Source: Sphagnum compactum (taxonomy: Eukaryota). Taken from it: a stretch of DNA of 64,000 nucleotides. The stretch lies in contig OZ234494.1 of the NCBI GenBank assembly GCA_965153455.1, forward strand, positions 434,001 through 498,000, written 5' to 3'. Made by a program: the position numbers and the translations under genes. Below the pieces are notes generated by a model that searched no databases, was not told where the DNA came from, and saw only the letters and a list, made by a program, of their open reading frames with translations. This document shows positions 13,897 through 27,530 of this stretch, piece after piece (position 1 is the stretch's first letter; each line of letters opens with the position of its first letter).

Positions 13897-14332
13897 CTAG
13901 TGTGGCCTGTGCCGTTGGCCCAAGTGTTACCACGTCCTCAACTGATTCTTTTCCTTCCAAAAACCTGGTTTTTGGGAATTTATATGAATTTTCAGTGGCA
14001 GAATTCACTTAAAAATCAATATCTCCCACATTCTGAATCCAAATCTTACCAAGTAAATTCCATCAAATCCTGCTCATCAAGATCTTTCCAACAACACCAA
14101 AGGCACATTCCAATTCCCCCGAGATTTTCAGATATGATTTAAAATAATTTTCAGTGAAGAAATCATTCAATATTCAAGAACTTTTGCACTGCAAGTCCAA
14201 ACGTCATGGAACCAAACCCATGCACCCCTTGTCGTCGAGAACTTTCCAAAGACACCAAGAACACGATCTGAAGCATACCAGTTCAGTGGATCTAGTAACT
14301 ACAAAACAAAACATACTACCTTCCTTCATAGA
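13897..14332 (-). mobile_element. Short (436 bp) non-autonomous Helitron-like element
   Basis: On the minus strand it starts A|TCTATGAAGG at 14332 and ends with an imperfect GC-rich hairpin (TGGGCCAACGGCACA) followed by CTAG|T at 13897. This gives 5'-TC, 3'-CTAG and an AT insertion site with no TSD. Confidence 0.65.
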
Positions 14333-15697
14333 TGCATGGTAGTGCAAAGCTCAAGCACATAAATAGTGTGTAGTTGGCCCAAGTGTAAACTCATTACCAA
14401 ACTCATTTCATTTTCTAAAAGCATTTTTTGTTTGGACCATAAGCACAATGAGGGGCATTGCGATTTGAGAGATTTCAAGATGACAAATAAACTATTTTCT
14501 TTTGGGGAGGGTGACAAAAGGATGGATATATATATATATATATATAGTTCCCAATGTGCTCCCACCAAGCTCCCTCAAGCTCTCACTGTGTTCCCAACAT
14601 TTTTTCCCAAAGTTCTCAAGAAATCTGATTTCAGAAAAGTAACCATTTTTTGCTGAAAAAACACACATATATCAAAGCGTGTCATCTGAATGAAATTTCA
14701 TTCTATAACCATTTTTTAGGTGGTGCATTTTGAAACTTTAACGATGTTGAATTAAGAATGATTTTCACAATTATTTTCATATTATGATAGCCCAAAACAT
14801 AAAGTCACTTGATGAAGATTACACCTTTTGATTTTATTGTACATGATGCTCCCCAACATTTCTTCAATAGCACCTCACTTTGTCCCATTTGTACTTTATA
14901 TACTTTATATGTTTTTTAAGGGGGTTCATTCCTTCTGCACAACTCTTATGTGAAAACTAAAATACAAAGAAATCTTGAGAATATATCATTTATTTAACAT
15001 CTGCTGAAGGGAATCAAAGGGTGATGTATAAGTAAATTTTGAGAATATCCTTTGAATGAAATTGCTAGCAGAGTGTTGCTAAAATAAGAGTTTTGTAACC
15101 ATAGCACAGGGGCAAAGCTTGCAACCTGTCTGTTGATTACTTAATTAACTTTGAAGATTTCATGTGCAAAATTAAAATATTCCTGAATATTCCAAAAGAG
15201 TATATCAACAGGAGTAGCAAACTAGCACAACATGTTGCATCAAACCTCAAAACATGTATCAGGTGCAGGAACTACGTACATACCTCTTCCTCGTCCCTTG
15301 GATATCAAACATTCTCCAGGATGCTTTGCATTTAAACCTGTTCAAACTCTGCAATCAAAGTAAAATTAACTTATGACTTTAAGTAAGACTCACTTCTCCT
15401 GCACAAGAAAATCCAGACCTATGTACATGGATCTATCTTACCTCACAGCAAGTCAGAATTATGAACCCGAAAACCACTTTCAACAATTTTGTTGTTTGGA
15501 AGAACAGTTACTGCTATGGAGCCTCTCAGGACATGAGTTTGTGAGTGTTTCAGGCAGCTGACATTGCCATAGTTACCACATCATGATACTGACTCCGGTG
15601 TACAAAGTGATGAAGATTTTGTGTCCATTGGTGGAAGCTTCCAAGTGCACCCATCAAGTTGACAACACTTTACAAAATTGCATATGGCAGGAACTTG

Positions 15698-18600
15698 TCA
15701 GAGGTGAATCCGGAGCATCTTAGTAACCCATGTTCCACAGTTGGGCTGGCCACAAATGTCGACTGACCTTGTATTCTTGCAATCCAAACATGGTCCCAGA
15801 TGCCCTGTATGCAATATTGTGCCAGTTCATATCTATGAGGTTTCAGAGAAAACTCCACATAACAGTTTGAAGACAACCTTTGTGTCAGTTCCAGCAATAG
15901 CACAATAGCACAACAAACACAGCAAGAATTCGTGCAGTCATAACCTTGTGGGCATCACAAAGTATCAGACAATAACCTTCATCATGAATGGAAGTGACAA
16001 GCTGTCATTCCTCCAGATGGGGATCATCAGTCTGCAATTTTGGGTGAATACAATTACATTGTAATCTGCTAAAATTTTGAAACTATACAAAAGTCTGCAT
16101 CATGAGTTTCTGTTGCATTTCCAGAAGCAATGGGAAACACATGATTATGGCTAGCACTTAATGTTGTGCCAGTTCAGAAGTTTAGCTACTTCCTTCATCA
16201 AAGATGGAAGAATTTTATGATTATATTACAAGGGCCAGGGCTGAGAAGGAGTGAACTACAAATAGATATTATGGTCTCATTCCAGCAATCCGGTAGGGAT
16301 AAGGCTTAGAGAAATCAACCATAAAACTGATGACACTAGCAAACAAAACAAGCTGACTTGCAAACACAAAGCTACTGACCTTACATGCAACAAGATAGAG
16401 ATGGTGAGACTTACGGCAATCAAGAATCAGATGATCTGGAGGCCTTGCATAGCAGTAGCAACACAAATGTGCATGTTTCTGGAGGTTTGGCTCTGTCTGC
16501 TTGATGGTGACACTGTCTGTGAGAATTGCACTAAAATGAACCTCAACCTTTGATGAAGCTGAGAAGGCAGATGAACTTGTAGCCAATTCCAATCCTGGAA
16601 CTGTCACATCAGAAATAGGTGTGGCAACCTGTGGAGAAAATGAGATGAACATGTCAATTGGGCAAGAAACTGGCAAATGCTGTGTAAAGGTTAGGCAGTA
16701 CTGGAAAATGTTAAGATATTTTCTTGAAAATCTATATCTTCGTAAGTACTGACAACCTCTTTCATATTTGCAATTTAAGTCAACATGAAGAGAATTGAGA
16801 GATGACTCAACAAATAGAAAAAAAAACCAAGGAGAGGTTTCAACAGTGACAGTCACCCACATATTCTACCTAACAGCCATTTATGGTCATGACCAGCTAC
16901 CGTATTATCCCCACTAACTTAATCAGCTCCTGGCAGTGGTTGGAGGTCAATGTCATACATGAACCAACATACTGAGTTTCAATATCAAGTATCAGTAACA
17001 GGAAGACACATCCATGATGCCAGTTAGCTCAATAGTATCTAAATAAGAAATAGAAACCAAAAAGAAAGAGGAACACAAAAAGAGAAAGGGGAAAAAACAT
17101 CAAAGAGTGAGGACTGAGAAACAGCATTTCAAGTGGGTGTCAAGTTGTATGTGATCTTCAAACATGCTGAAATGAAACTCATCAGCACCTATTTTCCAAG
17201 AGAAAACTTCCCAGAGGATTTAGAGAAGTCACATACCTCATAAAAAGATGGGAAGAGCAGAGATGCAGTTGGTACACCAGAGGTTGAGGAGACCTGCATT
17301 TCTATGGCTTCTTGAGTTCTAATCAAAGACTCAGCTGACCCTGTTGATAGTCCCAGAAAACACTCCTCGGAGATGGAGACTTCTCGAGATGCAAAACTTC
17401 GTTCCTTGTTGCTCATTTCAACCTCAAGCTGTTGCTTCTCTCGATCTTGCTCAAAAGCAAGAGGGTTGTATCCAAGCTTGGGGCGAGGTAGTAGAAATTG
17501 CGATACCGATTCAGTAACTGGAGTTGCATGCTGAAGAATAGTGTCCATCATCAAAGGGTTATACACAGATGAAGATTGGAATTGACGTTCTGATGGATTG
17601 GGTTGAACTGGCTCAAAGGACATATCATGTGCTTTCTCCTGCTGGTCTGCAACAATTGCCTGCGGTTTTCCCAACACAAAATTAAGATCTCTGAAACCCT
17701 TCAAGCAGGAAAATTCTCTTTTCAGACACTGCATGAGTGCATGAATGACCAATTCTCAGAGGCTAATGATGGCAATCACATGCAAGCACTCTACAACAGC
17801 AGTAACAAATTCCTACACATGTTTATGACAGCTTCACTGCTCCCATCTAGTCTAATTACTCCAAAATTGTGACCAAGTGGTATAATTCCATAATTTCTGG
17901 CTGAAAGAGGTCAGGTTCTTCATGCTCAGTACATACACAAAGCACCAGTTCAAATTGTTACGGCTGAAAAATACATTTACTTGTCCAGGCTTAAGTAGAA
18001 TAAAGATAATACATCAAAAGCATACCCCACATGTTCTCCCAAGCAATAAATTCCCCTTACCTTTGGAAACAAATGTGGAAACAGTTCCATAGGCGAAAGC
18101 TGTGGTGTTCCTTTGGCTGGTGGTGGTGCAGTGTCAAGAACTCTGCTGTCAGGCTCAAGTCCTAATTCTGATCCAACTGTGCTTGCTTTGGGTGAGCACA
18201 GCTCCTCTCCTTGAAATTTGCCAGCAAATGAGATACAGAGAGGGCTGGGGGGTGCTGCATTATCTAATGAACTTGTGGTTAAATTGAGACTAGCTGGAGG
18301 AGATACCCTACCCTCTGAGGTAAGATTCAGCAGTTCTGTTTCAGATATGTCAGGATATGGACCAGAATCAATGCTGCAAGTTTGGGCCATGTTTTTCAAC
18401 CTGAAAATTGACAAAACCTGTTTCATCTGCACAAAAAGTCTAAGAGTTATGACTAGGGTTGCATCCACAATTTCACCCTCCAGAATAGAGGGCACACAGA
18501 GCTATCTGTGTCCTTGCCTAAAAGGGGTAGTCCAGATCTCATCACAAATAAACCTGGTGGACATTCACCTTTGATACCAGTGGAATAATCTGAACTCATG

Positions 18601-21600
18601 CCAAGTTTCAGCACAGAAACTATCCAAGGCAAAAATCACAAACCAATGCACCTTGCAGTGGAGGATGAAAACAAGCATTAATTCAGGCCCCTCATGTTTG
18701 CAATCCTTGTTGGTGACTGCAACAAACTCTCTAGGAGTTGTTGGTCATAAAAATTGACCAATATCTCTGAGCTACAGTATATGCATTCAGCAGTGATGAA
18801 CCATTGAAAAACCCAAAGCCTAGGAACTCTGGGAACTCACTTTGTATACACCCTAGCCTCTATAATACAAAAATATCCCTTCAAAGGTTGCAAAGCAGAT
18901 GGGAATTTTGAAGCTAGAGAGTGAATTTCCTTTCAATCCAGAAAAAGAAATATACAGTAATCTAAAATTTATGTCCAAGCCTTCAGACCCTTTTGCTAGA
19001 TGATACGTAGGGAGGGTAGATGGTGCTACAAGACCACTGGAGAATATCAAGACTTACATACCTGTGAGAAAGAAAGGTACAGAGACCTGCCAGACATCTG
19101 AGTGGCACCAGGAAGCACAGACTCAAGCTCTGCACCTGTGATTGATACAGGATAATCATGCAAGGTGTCAAACCCAACCAAAGGAGCATAAACCACCATT
19201 GACTCCATCATGGGCCCCACCATCTGCATCATGGACCCTAGGTTGTCATGAACTTATCTGAATGGCTTCTCTTTCAACTTGCATAGCCTTGATTCAGTCA
19301 AGGAGAAGCTTGAGAGAAGCAAAACTAATGAGATCGGTTCACACTAATGATTCAGCACTGGTCAGTACCAGCCCTATGTTGGCTCAGCTTTCAACATAGC
19401 AATGAGGCAATGCCATCTCTCTGCTCTACAGATAGAACCACCAAGTGTCCATCCCTGTTGGATATAAACAAGGAATCCAGTTTCAGTGACACCAATAGTC
19501 TCCTGTAACAACACCCTAGAGGAATGAGAATAATGGAAGTTTCACATACCGGCTTCATACCATATGAAGAAGATTGGTAAACTCCGTATGTCTGTTGTGT
19601 CAAGACGTTGTAAAGAAAAAGAATGCATGTGCCAGGAGCTATATGAGGAACTGCCAACAGATGCTTTGTTGACACACAGAAACGGCTCATCTGCTTGTAC
19701 ATTGCTAGTGTCTCATCGTTGCAGCCTATCACCTGATTCCACACTCACAAACAGTATACATCCAAAATTAGAAGTGTGCACACTTTGCCAGTCCAGTCCG
19801 TGAGTTCTCTTCTATTCTTCCTCATCAAGACAACTTGCCTGTTTGCCACACCAATGGAAGAGACGCTGCTGAAAGGGCATTGAGAACTTACTTGGCCAAA
19901 AAAAGAACTTGGTGTCTCATTCTCTTGAACAGGGGAAACAGAACATGATAAGCTTGGTGTGCCATAATCAAGGGGAGGAAAAACAGAAGATGACAGGCTA
20001 GTTAGCCTGCATTCAATACTTGGGGGTCTCCAGTTGGGTTCACTCATACTGTTGCTGTAGTATGCATCAGGATTGTTGGTTTTGGGAAAAGATAACTGGT
20101 GAAAGTCAGGGGATATCAAATATTCATAGTCATGAACAGTGGGATACTGTGGTATTCTGTTCTCATCAGTCCCATCGGTAGCAAGGTTAAAACTTTTCAT
20201 ACCTACACGGGATGTTCCAGACTCATGAGAAGAGGTGAGGCTACTTGGGGCAATGGAGGAATTGTCAACACCTCTTGAGTCAATGAGAAGAGAGACAGGA
20301 GGTATTGCATCAGATGCTGCAGCTAAATCCATATCAGATAGCTCAGAAGACATTGACCCTACTACAAGGGTCTCTGAAGTAACAACAGATGACTCTTCTG
20401 AAGATCTGAGGCAATGTGCTGAGTATTCTCCAACCACAAATGGCCTTGCAGTAACACGCAATGGTGTCCCAGAACTGTGAATGAAAGTTGACTTTAAGAC
20501 CTCCACATTCTGTGTCAGCTGGGCACTAGATGAATCTGAACCATGTGGCATTGTCACAATGGGTGACATGGAGACAGGTTCAAGCATTGGGACTGGCTGA
20601 AAATTTGTACCATGTGATTCCAGTGAGATGTGATGTGGGAGAGTGGGAGCCAAAGCAGTTGACGTTGTCAATGAGTTAAATGTTGGAGTTGGATCAGCCA
20701 GTGCTCCTGATTCTCGTGATTCTGTTGGTGTGCATGTGAGTGTTGAAGCATGTTCCGTAGTTATGGCAGTTTCTACTGTTGGTGCAGGTAGTGAAGACCC
20801 AGGCTGCACACTTCCATGAGTATGAGCAGGTTCATCAGGTTGTAGCGTGCCCCCTGCCAAGGCAAAAGAGCAATTTACCCCAAGGTCATCTGCAATTAGC
20901 CATATGTGCAAGGAAATTCAAGTACATCTAAAAAATGTTCACTCTTATGCATAATACTGGTAACAGCAAACTGAGAATTTCTGGACTGGAAAAATGTCAC
21001 TAACAGAAATAACTAAAACTCGTCCATAAAATGCTGATAGAAAAGCACTGCATGACTCACCCTCAAGTTCATTGGCATGTAAGTATTCATCAGGCACATT
21101 CGAAAATAAATCCGGTTGAAGTCGCTGCACACATGCAAATATTCTCATCTAACCCTGAGAATTGAGGTTTGAGAGGCCCACTTGCCTCCTGAGAGATTGA
21201 ACAATTCTAAAGCAGTCCAGCAATGGATTGGAAAGAGTTTCAAGTCTTGTGGTCATAAAATCAAGTGCAAAAAGAAAATATTAGTGGAACTTTGAAGGAA
21301 GATAGTTACACTTGATGCCATCAAACTAGGAATTGATGTCTGATGTAGGCCATGAAGTCTTAGTTGCAAAAGCAATTGATATACATGGATTTCTTGCCTA
21401 CAAAAGCAGGATACTCATGGAGAAAAATACAGAACCTTGCAGAAAAGTTCACTAACCACCCACCTCCTTAAGAAAGTAAGTACACTTCAGCTTCATCCCC
21501 CGTACAGAAGTATCATTGTGAAGACCTCTTGCTGTCACAGCTTCTTCCCAAGATCTGCCACTTCCAAAGGTGAAACTCAGCTTACTGCATTTATTCATTT

Positions 21601-24600
21601 GGGCTCTCCTATGACAGCCCTCAAAATGACTTGAGGTTGGATACATTAGAGTACAAGTTACATGTGGCTTAAACCTGGCCCTTCAGTCACGACTCAAATC
21701 ATGATCAGTCGAATGAAAATACAATATGTAGCATACAGAATCTGCAACTCTCACTGTTTACATGTGATTGGTTTGGAAGAATCTGCAGCAGAAAGTCATT
21801 GCATTTGAAACAGAAGCCCATGAAAGCCATAAATCAAAATGGGCAAAAAGAAACTACCCCATGGAAACTGTAGCTATGTGGTAAAAAGGAAACATATCCA
21901 ACTGAACCATTGAGCCTCCTTGAGCAAAGAGGTCTCTCATTTCTGCATAGTCTGCTTCAGGATGCATGTTTTCAATGAGCAAGTGGGGTGATCTGACAAT
22001 TTCCTGCAGAATGTATCAAGGACATGAGTGTGCAAGAATAACACAAGCACTTATGGCACAACCCTAATAAACAACCACACAAGCTGCCAGATTCATAGTA
22101 CATAGCACAGTAGCAAACCCTTCTGCTATGTCCAGGGTAAAGGAGCAAATCAGCAAGTTTAACTATAACGTTAACTTGCAACCAAGAATTTATCCATGAT
22201 TCATACTTGTCCATTGTAGGGAGCACTTTCAATATTTTGATATACTAAAACACACTGTCTCCCATATACATACACAATACTGAAAGTGCCACCCAACTCT
22301 GGATGCCATACTGAAACTTCATCTTCACAACACTATAAGACTCTGAGACAACTCTGTTGAAAGTTTAAAAACATGAGCATCTATCACCACCCAAGAAGAG
22401 GTTTGCTGTTCAGGCATTTGGTTCAAATAGCATAACAAACTTCCTCTACTGAGCTCCATTGAATGTGAATGTACCTGGTGCTCTGGGTCCACTAGTAAAG
22501 ACTGTGCCTTCAACACAGCAAGTGGTGAAAATGCGCTTGATTTTGGGTTTGTCCTAACAGAGCTCTCACCCACGGAAAGAGGCTGGTCACAAACACAATG
22601 CAGTAAGTACCTAAGAACAGTGACACATCGAAAATAGGAAATATGCATGTTGTGGAGCTGATTGACTGGAGATTAAAGCATAGTAATAATGCTTATAAAG
22701 AAGCAAAGACAGGCAGAATGTAACTCACTGGAAATTGAATTGCTGATGGCTCAGAGATAAGTGGTGACAACACTTGATCACTCCAGTAATCATGTGTCAT
22801 CCCAAAGAAACCTGGGTCAGAGTCCTCCTCCTGTTCTTCAGCTGAAGGGAGAGTGAAACCATCCCGAAACAAATGAACCGTCTTCCCCTTTGACTTTGAT
22901 TTCTTCATCTGTGATAACATCATGCATGCAAATATGTCAACATGGCCACAACACTCCTTCTCATCCTACCAAAGAGAATTGTCTCCAAGTCCTAACCTAC
23001 AGACCTGTTTCAAGCCATTGCCCTACTGTGGACACTGGTGACTGGGCATTCTTTCGATGCAGAAACTTTGAATTAGCCTTTTGCTGCAACTTTACAAGTT
23101 CCATCTTCCAATTCCTCCTTTAACAAGTCTCTTGATGGTAGAATGTCAAGGATGACCTATTAACATGACCTTGCTCATGTTGACTCCATTCGTTCCAGCT
23201 TACAATCCTGTGCCCTACTTCTAGAATTATTTTGGCATCCCCTTAAATTCCACCTGCCTGTCCATTCCTTTTGTACTTCACCACTCTTCTATAACTCTTT
23301 CTCCTTTGATGACTCACCCCACTATAAAGGAAGCTGGGGTCACAAGATTTTGTTATCAACTTGAAGCTAAAAGCAACTCCCTCAAACAAGACAACATGAC
23401 CAAGCTATTGCATGAAGCACAGACCTTAAGTGTTTTTTTTGGCTGCTTTGACACTGCCATAACTTCATTCTTTTTCTTGTAGACCTGAAGGGGCCCTTCT
23501 GGTACAACTGCTAACATAGCAGATCCTTCCCCAGCTGCACTAGGCTCCTTGTCCTGTCAAACATATATCTCCAATAGTATAGATCTGGAGACTGGCTACA
23601 GGGAAGTTGCAGTTATACATCTGAACAACTGGTGCTAGTGCTGAGGACCCACTTGCTATTATGAGCCACTATGTTTTACAGCTGGCACTTTACAGCAAGC
23701 AGGACCCCACATGGCTGGTACTCATTGCTAATCATATGGTTCTGGGGTAGTCACCTCCTGAGAAGAGCATGGGCAAGAAGCAGAGAAATTCAATAGACAC
23801 ACACAGAGACATGATGAAATGAGGAAGTTGCATAAAGAAATTTGCACGCAGGGTACCTTTTCAAGGAAGATGTCACAAATAGGTGCTACATTGAAGGTGG
23901 ATGCATTTGAGAGTGTGGCAGACTCAATACACCCTACCCTTTCAAATGACTTGGATGATGAGGAATCCACTCTCAAGATCTTTGCTTGCTCAGCAATTTC
24001 AGCTGAGGTTGATGTAGGTAGGAGATCACAAATAGGTGCTACATTAGAGGTGGATGCATTTGACAGTGTTGCAGGCTCAATACCACCTCTCCTTTCAAAA
24101 GACTCAGATGATGAGGGATGCACTATCAAGATCTGGGATTGCTCAGCAATTTCAGCTGAGGTAGATCTAGCTTCTTTTGATTTGAGCTTTGCCCTTTTCA
24201 CCTGGATCACAGATTGAGGATTTCATGAGCAGATTGTAGACAACAGAGAGACACTGTAGGTTATTCAATGCACTACCAATGCATGCACAAGCACATGTTG
24301 AGTTAGAGGAGTCCTGAGATAAGACCTTCAAAACCTCCAATCATTACCCACATAATGTGCTTATGAACACTCCAGAATCAGCTGTTTTCAGTCACTAGCC
24401 CTGCACTTCATGCCAGCCTTGGCATACACTTCTCCTTGAAGCAGCCAGCTAGGAAACGTATCATTGTGAAAATATAGATGAGCACAAGCAGCAGAATGCT
24501 AGCATCTAATCAACCTTGAAACAAGGAGATTGCAGAAGACAGTGTAGGAGAGGAGGAACTGTGGGCACAGCATTTTGAAAGAACAGCTTATAGTCAGATG

Positions 24601-27379
24601 AGTAGAGAAAATACCAGTTTTTTGCTGTGTGAAGAAGGCAGATCTCTATGTATAGCAGGCTTTTTCTCCTTTTTCACCTCCTCTACAAGCTCATGTATAA
24701 CCTATCGTTTAAAACAACACATGTCATATAGACAACCATAAAACCAACTAACTTTTTTCTGAATAGGCAGACATGAAGCAAACCCAAAGTTTTGCACCTT
24801 TGGTAAAACATCACTGTGAGATACCTCTCCAATCAGCCTCTCCAATCAATCACTAAATTTCAGACAGATCAAATTCACCCCAGTTGAAGAGCCATGAGCC
24901 ATACCTGCTTGCTTTCTCGTGTTTGAACTTTGATAAGCTTGCCTGGGCAATCTACAACCACATAAACAGCCAAAGTTGTTTTAGTTCTCCACACAGAACT
25001 CCTACAAGACACAGAACAACTGCAGATATGAAGATGAACCACATACTATGCAGAACCTTGATTGCTGCCTTCTCCATGATGGCATACTCAAAGACAGTAG
25101 AGAGCTGGAATCTAAGGAAGCAGTCAAAACCAGCATTCCACCCAAGCATAGGCATGGGAAATGTGTGTTGTAAGCTTGTGAAACTCATATACAGAAAACT
25201 GCACCAATGACCATTCAGAAAAGTGCACAGTTCCAAAAATGCCCAAGTAACAAAAAAATCAGCTAACCTGGAGTCATGCATATGGCACCACGGACCATCT
25301 TCCAGTCAGTATTGTTATCCCGAAAGTTCTTCTCAAATTCCCGCCAGCATGCCTGAAAGTGAAATAACACACAGCAACCCTCTGAACAGCTCAACTCTAT
25401 CCGCCTGCTGGATTCTTTAATACTTCGTGATCCATTGGAGCAGCGATCAGCAGTTAAGCCTCTACATAACCCTATCTCTTCATCAAATTCTTCAAGTCCA
25501 GCTCCAGACCCATGCCTTGCAAGAGATCGCAACTCTGCTTCCCGCTCCACCCTCTTATTCTCAACAAGCTCCTGGGCAAGCTCTGGTCCAAGTTTTTCAA
25601 ATGTGCTTCCAGCATCCAAATTCCCTCTACCTTTCCTCGGTTTCTCTTGATCTTCCAGCTCTTCAGTTTTGAGCTTTACATCATTCTGCATCTTCTGCTC
25701 CTGCTTCCACCATACATTGCCTCGCCTCTGCAAAATGGCAATTAGTTCCACAATGACCATCTAAGCGATCCCAGACAGGTAAAACCTTTGAAAATGCCAG
25801 AATGCTCAATCTTATATTTTTCATTCATAAATTGATAGACGATAATGCAAATTGTACTTCAAAAGACTACTGTACCTGCTCGTCTACAGGTTTTGGAGCT
25901 TTATATATTATTCTGTAGAGCAGATGTCTTGCAGGTGAGCATTTGTACTTGGACCTGAATGATTCAAAAGCCTGTCTCCAAGCTTCACAATCTCCTCGAC
26001 CTTCTCCCACCTCAAGACTAACTGTTCTCTCACCTTTGGACATACCAACAATTTTCTGTTTCTCTAAAACACGGTCTTTGTCTGCAACCTCCCGCATGCA
26101 AGCAGAGGAACTGGTTGGAAATCCTTCAGCTCCAGAACCTGGAGGTTCTTTCTGTCTCCTGGTTGCAATAGCACTCCTATTGACAAGAGAAAATGAGACC
26201 TACAGGTTCCCCATGCAGCAACCATTGAAAATAGATTTTCCAATTGACACAATTTCAGAGTCTGCGAGCAAGCTCAGTTTGTTTGTTTGTTTATGTCAAG
26301 TACAGACAGATCAGCCAATTAAAGTTTTGGGAGTTCTTGCACATGAACATCAAGAATAGAGTACCCTTAAAGGACCAGGAAAAACCAGCTCAAGCCCATC
26401 AGAAATGCTGGAAAGTTTGTTGGAAGTTTGGAAAAAAGAGGAAGAGCAAGTGCAGAATTTTAAATCTGTTGTCCATAGTGCCTCAGCATCTCATGACAAG
26501 TGTGATGCTACCTGAGGATTTAGGGTTTAGGCAAGCAGCAGTGACAATACATGCTCAAGATCCCTTCTCCTATGTCCAAAGCTCTGAGAAGGTGAAAGGG
26601 GATTCGCACCAATCCAAAGCCTTCTTATTCAAAAGCCCCCTCTTCAACGCTGCACATACATTGTGGAACTCGGTTGCTGATTTGTACTTCCTGGAGCATT
26701 TGTGAGCCTCGGAACCATAAGAATCGGCAAACATGCGTTCCTTCTGGTACTCGCTCTCCAACTCCTCAAGCTCCGGATCGGATCCAGGACAATCGCTCCA
26801 ACCGGAGGAGCCAGACTCCACACTGCTCCTCTCAAAGCCGTCGGACAAATCATGATCACGTTCCTTCTGAACGACGCACGATTCAGCAGTCTCAGCTTTA
26901 GACGACGACAGAATTTTCGCCAATTTGGAACTCTCCAAACGATTGACTGCAACCCTAGGAGTTGTACCGGCAGTAATACTCCGAGACCAATTCTTCGCAG
27001 CCTTAGATCGATTGGCAGATTCAGCAACAACAACATCATCATCCTCATCGTAATCACTGTCTCCGCTATCCGACGACTCCACCTCATGCTCCCGCCACAG
27101 CGAGGAGCAGTCCCGTGACTTGAAGTGCGACAAGAAACTGGATCTTATGGATTCACGACTAGTACTACTAGTACCGGGAGACGAAGACATGACAATGAGC
27201 TCTCCGCCCGACGGATTCCCGGGCCGCGTCCATCGACTGATAGCCGTAGTGCGCGACGATCCGTCTTCCTGCGGTATCCTGATGACGGCGTGCACCACGC
27301 GCGGCATGTCGGCTTCCCGCTGCCTCTCTCCTCTTCTTCTGTCTGAACCACCATCAGCCTGGTGAAGAATGTCGTCCAT
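15698..27379 (-). CDS. ~1750-aa multidomain putative RNA-binding RING E3 ligase (TTC3/DZIP3-like Cys/His domain + RRM + DCD + C3HC4 RING); 19 exons: 27379-26610, 26176-25876, 25727-25268, 24951-24905, 24701-24615, 24201-23857, 23553-23425, 22908-22729, 22582-22475, 22003-21858, 21554-21464, 21124-21061, 20853-19784, 19732-19550, 19223-19062, 18426-18061, 17659-17237, 16628-16415, 15804-15698
   Basis: The hand-built model joins 19 exons by GT-AG introns into one stop-free 5253-nt frame. Motifs are completed across junctions: CMTP|DCPG; RRM LLIENM..DLFAQGG..ATVSMG|SWEEAVTARGLHN..VRGMKLKCTYF; DCD GK|VIGCNDET..IAPGTCILFLYNVLTQQTYGVYQSSSYG; RING CCYC..LILDC|RHLGPCLDC..CGQPNC. Exon boundaries in the low-complexity parts are less certain. 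Confidence 0.82.
23870..24165 (-). repeat. Two-copy 153-bp (51-aa) in-frame tandem duplication within exon 6 of the RING/DCD gene
   Basis: TSAEIAEQ...SFER..IE.ATLSNAST.NVAPICD occurs twice; tcacaaataggtgctaca is found at 23873 and 24026. Confidence 0.9.
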
Positions 27380-27407
27380 GTGGATATCGCCGATTGTTGT
27401 CGCCAGC

Positions 27408-27530
27408 GCTGCTAGTTCCTATTCTCCGCCTGCTGATGATACCGTAGCTGCTAGTTCCTATTCTCCGCCTGCTGATGATACCGTAGCTGCTAGTTCTCTC
27501 TCACATGCTGCCGCTAGTTCCTATTCTCCA
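27408..27530. repeat. 39-bp tandem repeat (~3 copies) just upstream of the RING/DCD start codon
   Basis: gctgctagttcctattctccgcctgctgatgataccgta is repeated twice, followed by partial copies. Confidence 0.85.

Noticed and set aside
22990-23330. Purine-rich exon-like stretch on the minus strand within intron 7 of the RING/DCD gene
   Set aside because: The candidate frame I traced hits a stop, and exons 7 and 8 join in phase without it.
23728-23757. Strong acceptor (CTTCTCAG|GAG) after exon 6 of the RING/DCD gene
   Set aside because: Use in phase gives a stop after 9 codons, while the acceptor at 23553 keeps the frame open. It could be a poison exon but there is no evidence for that.
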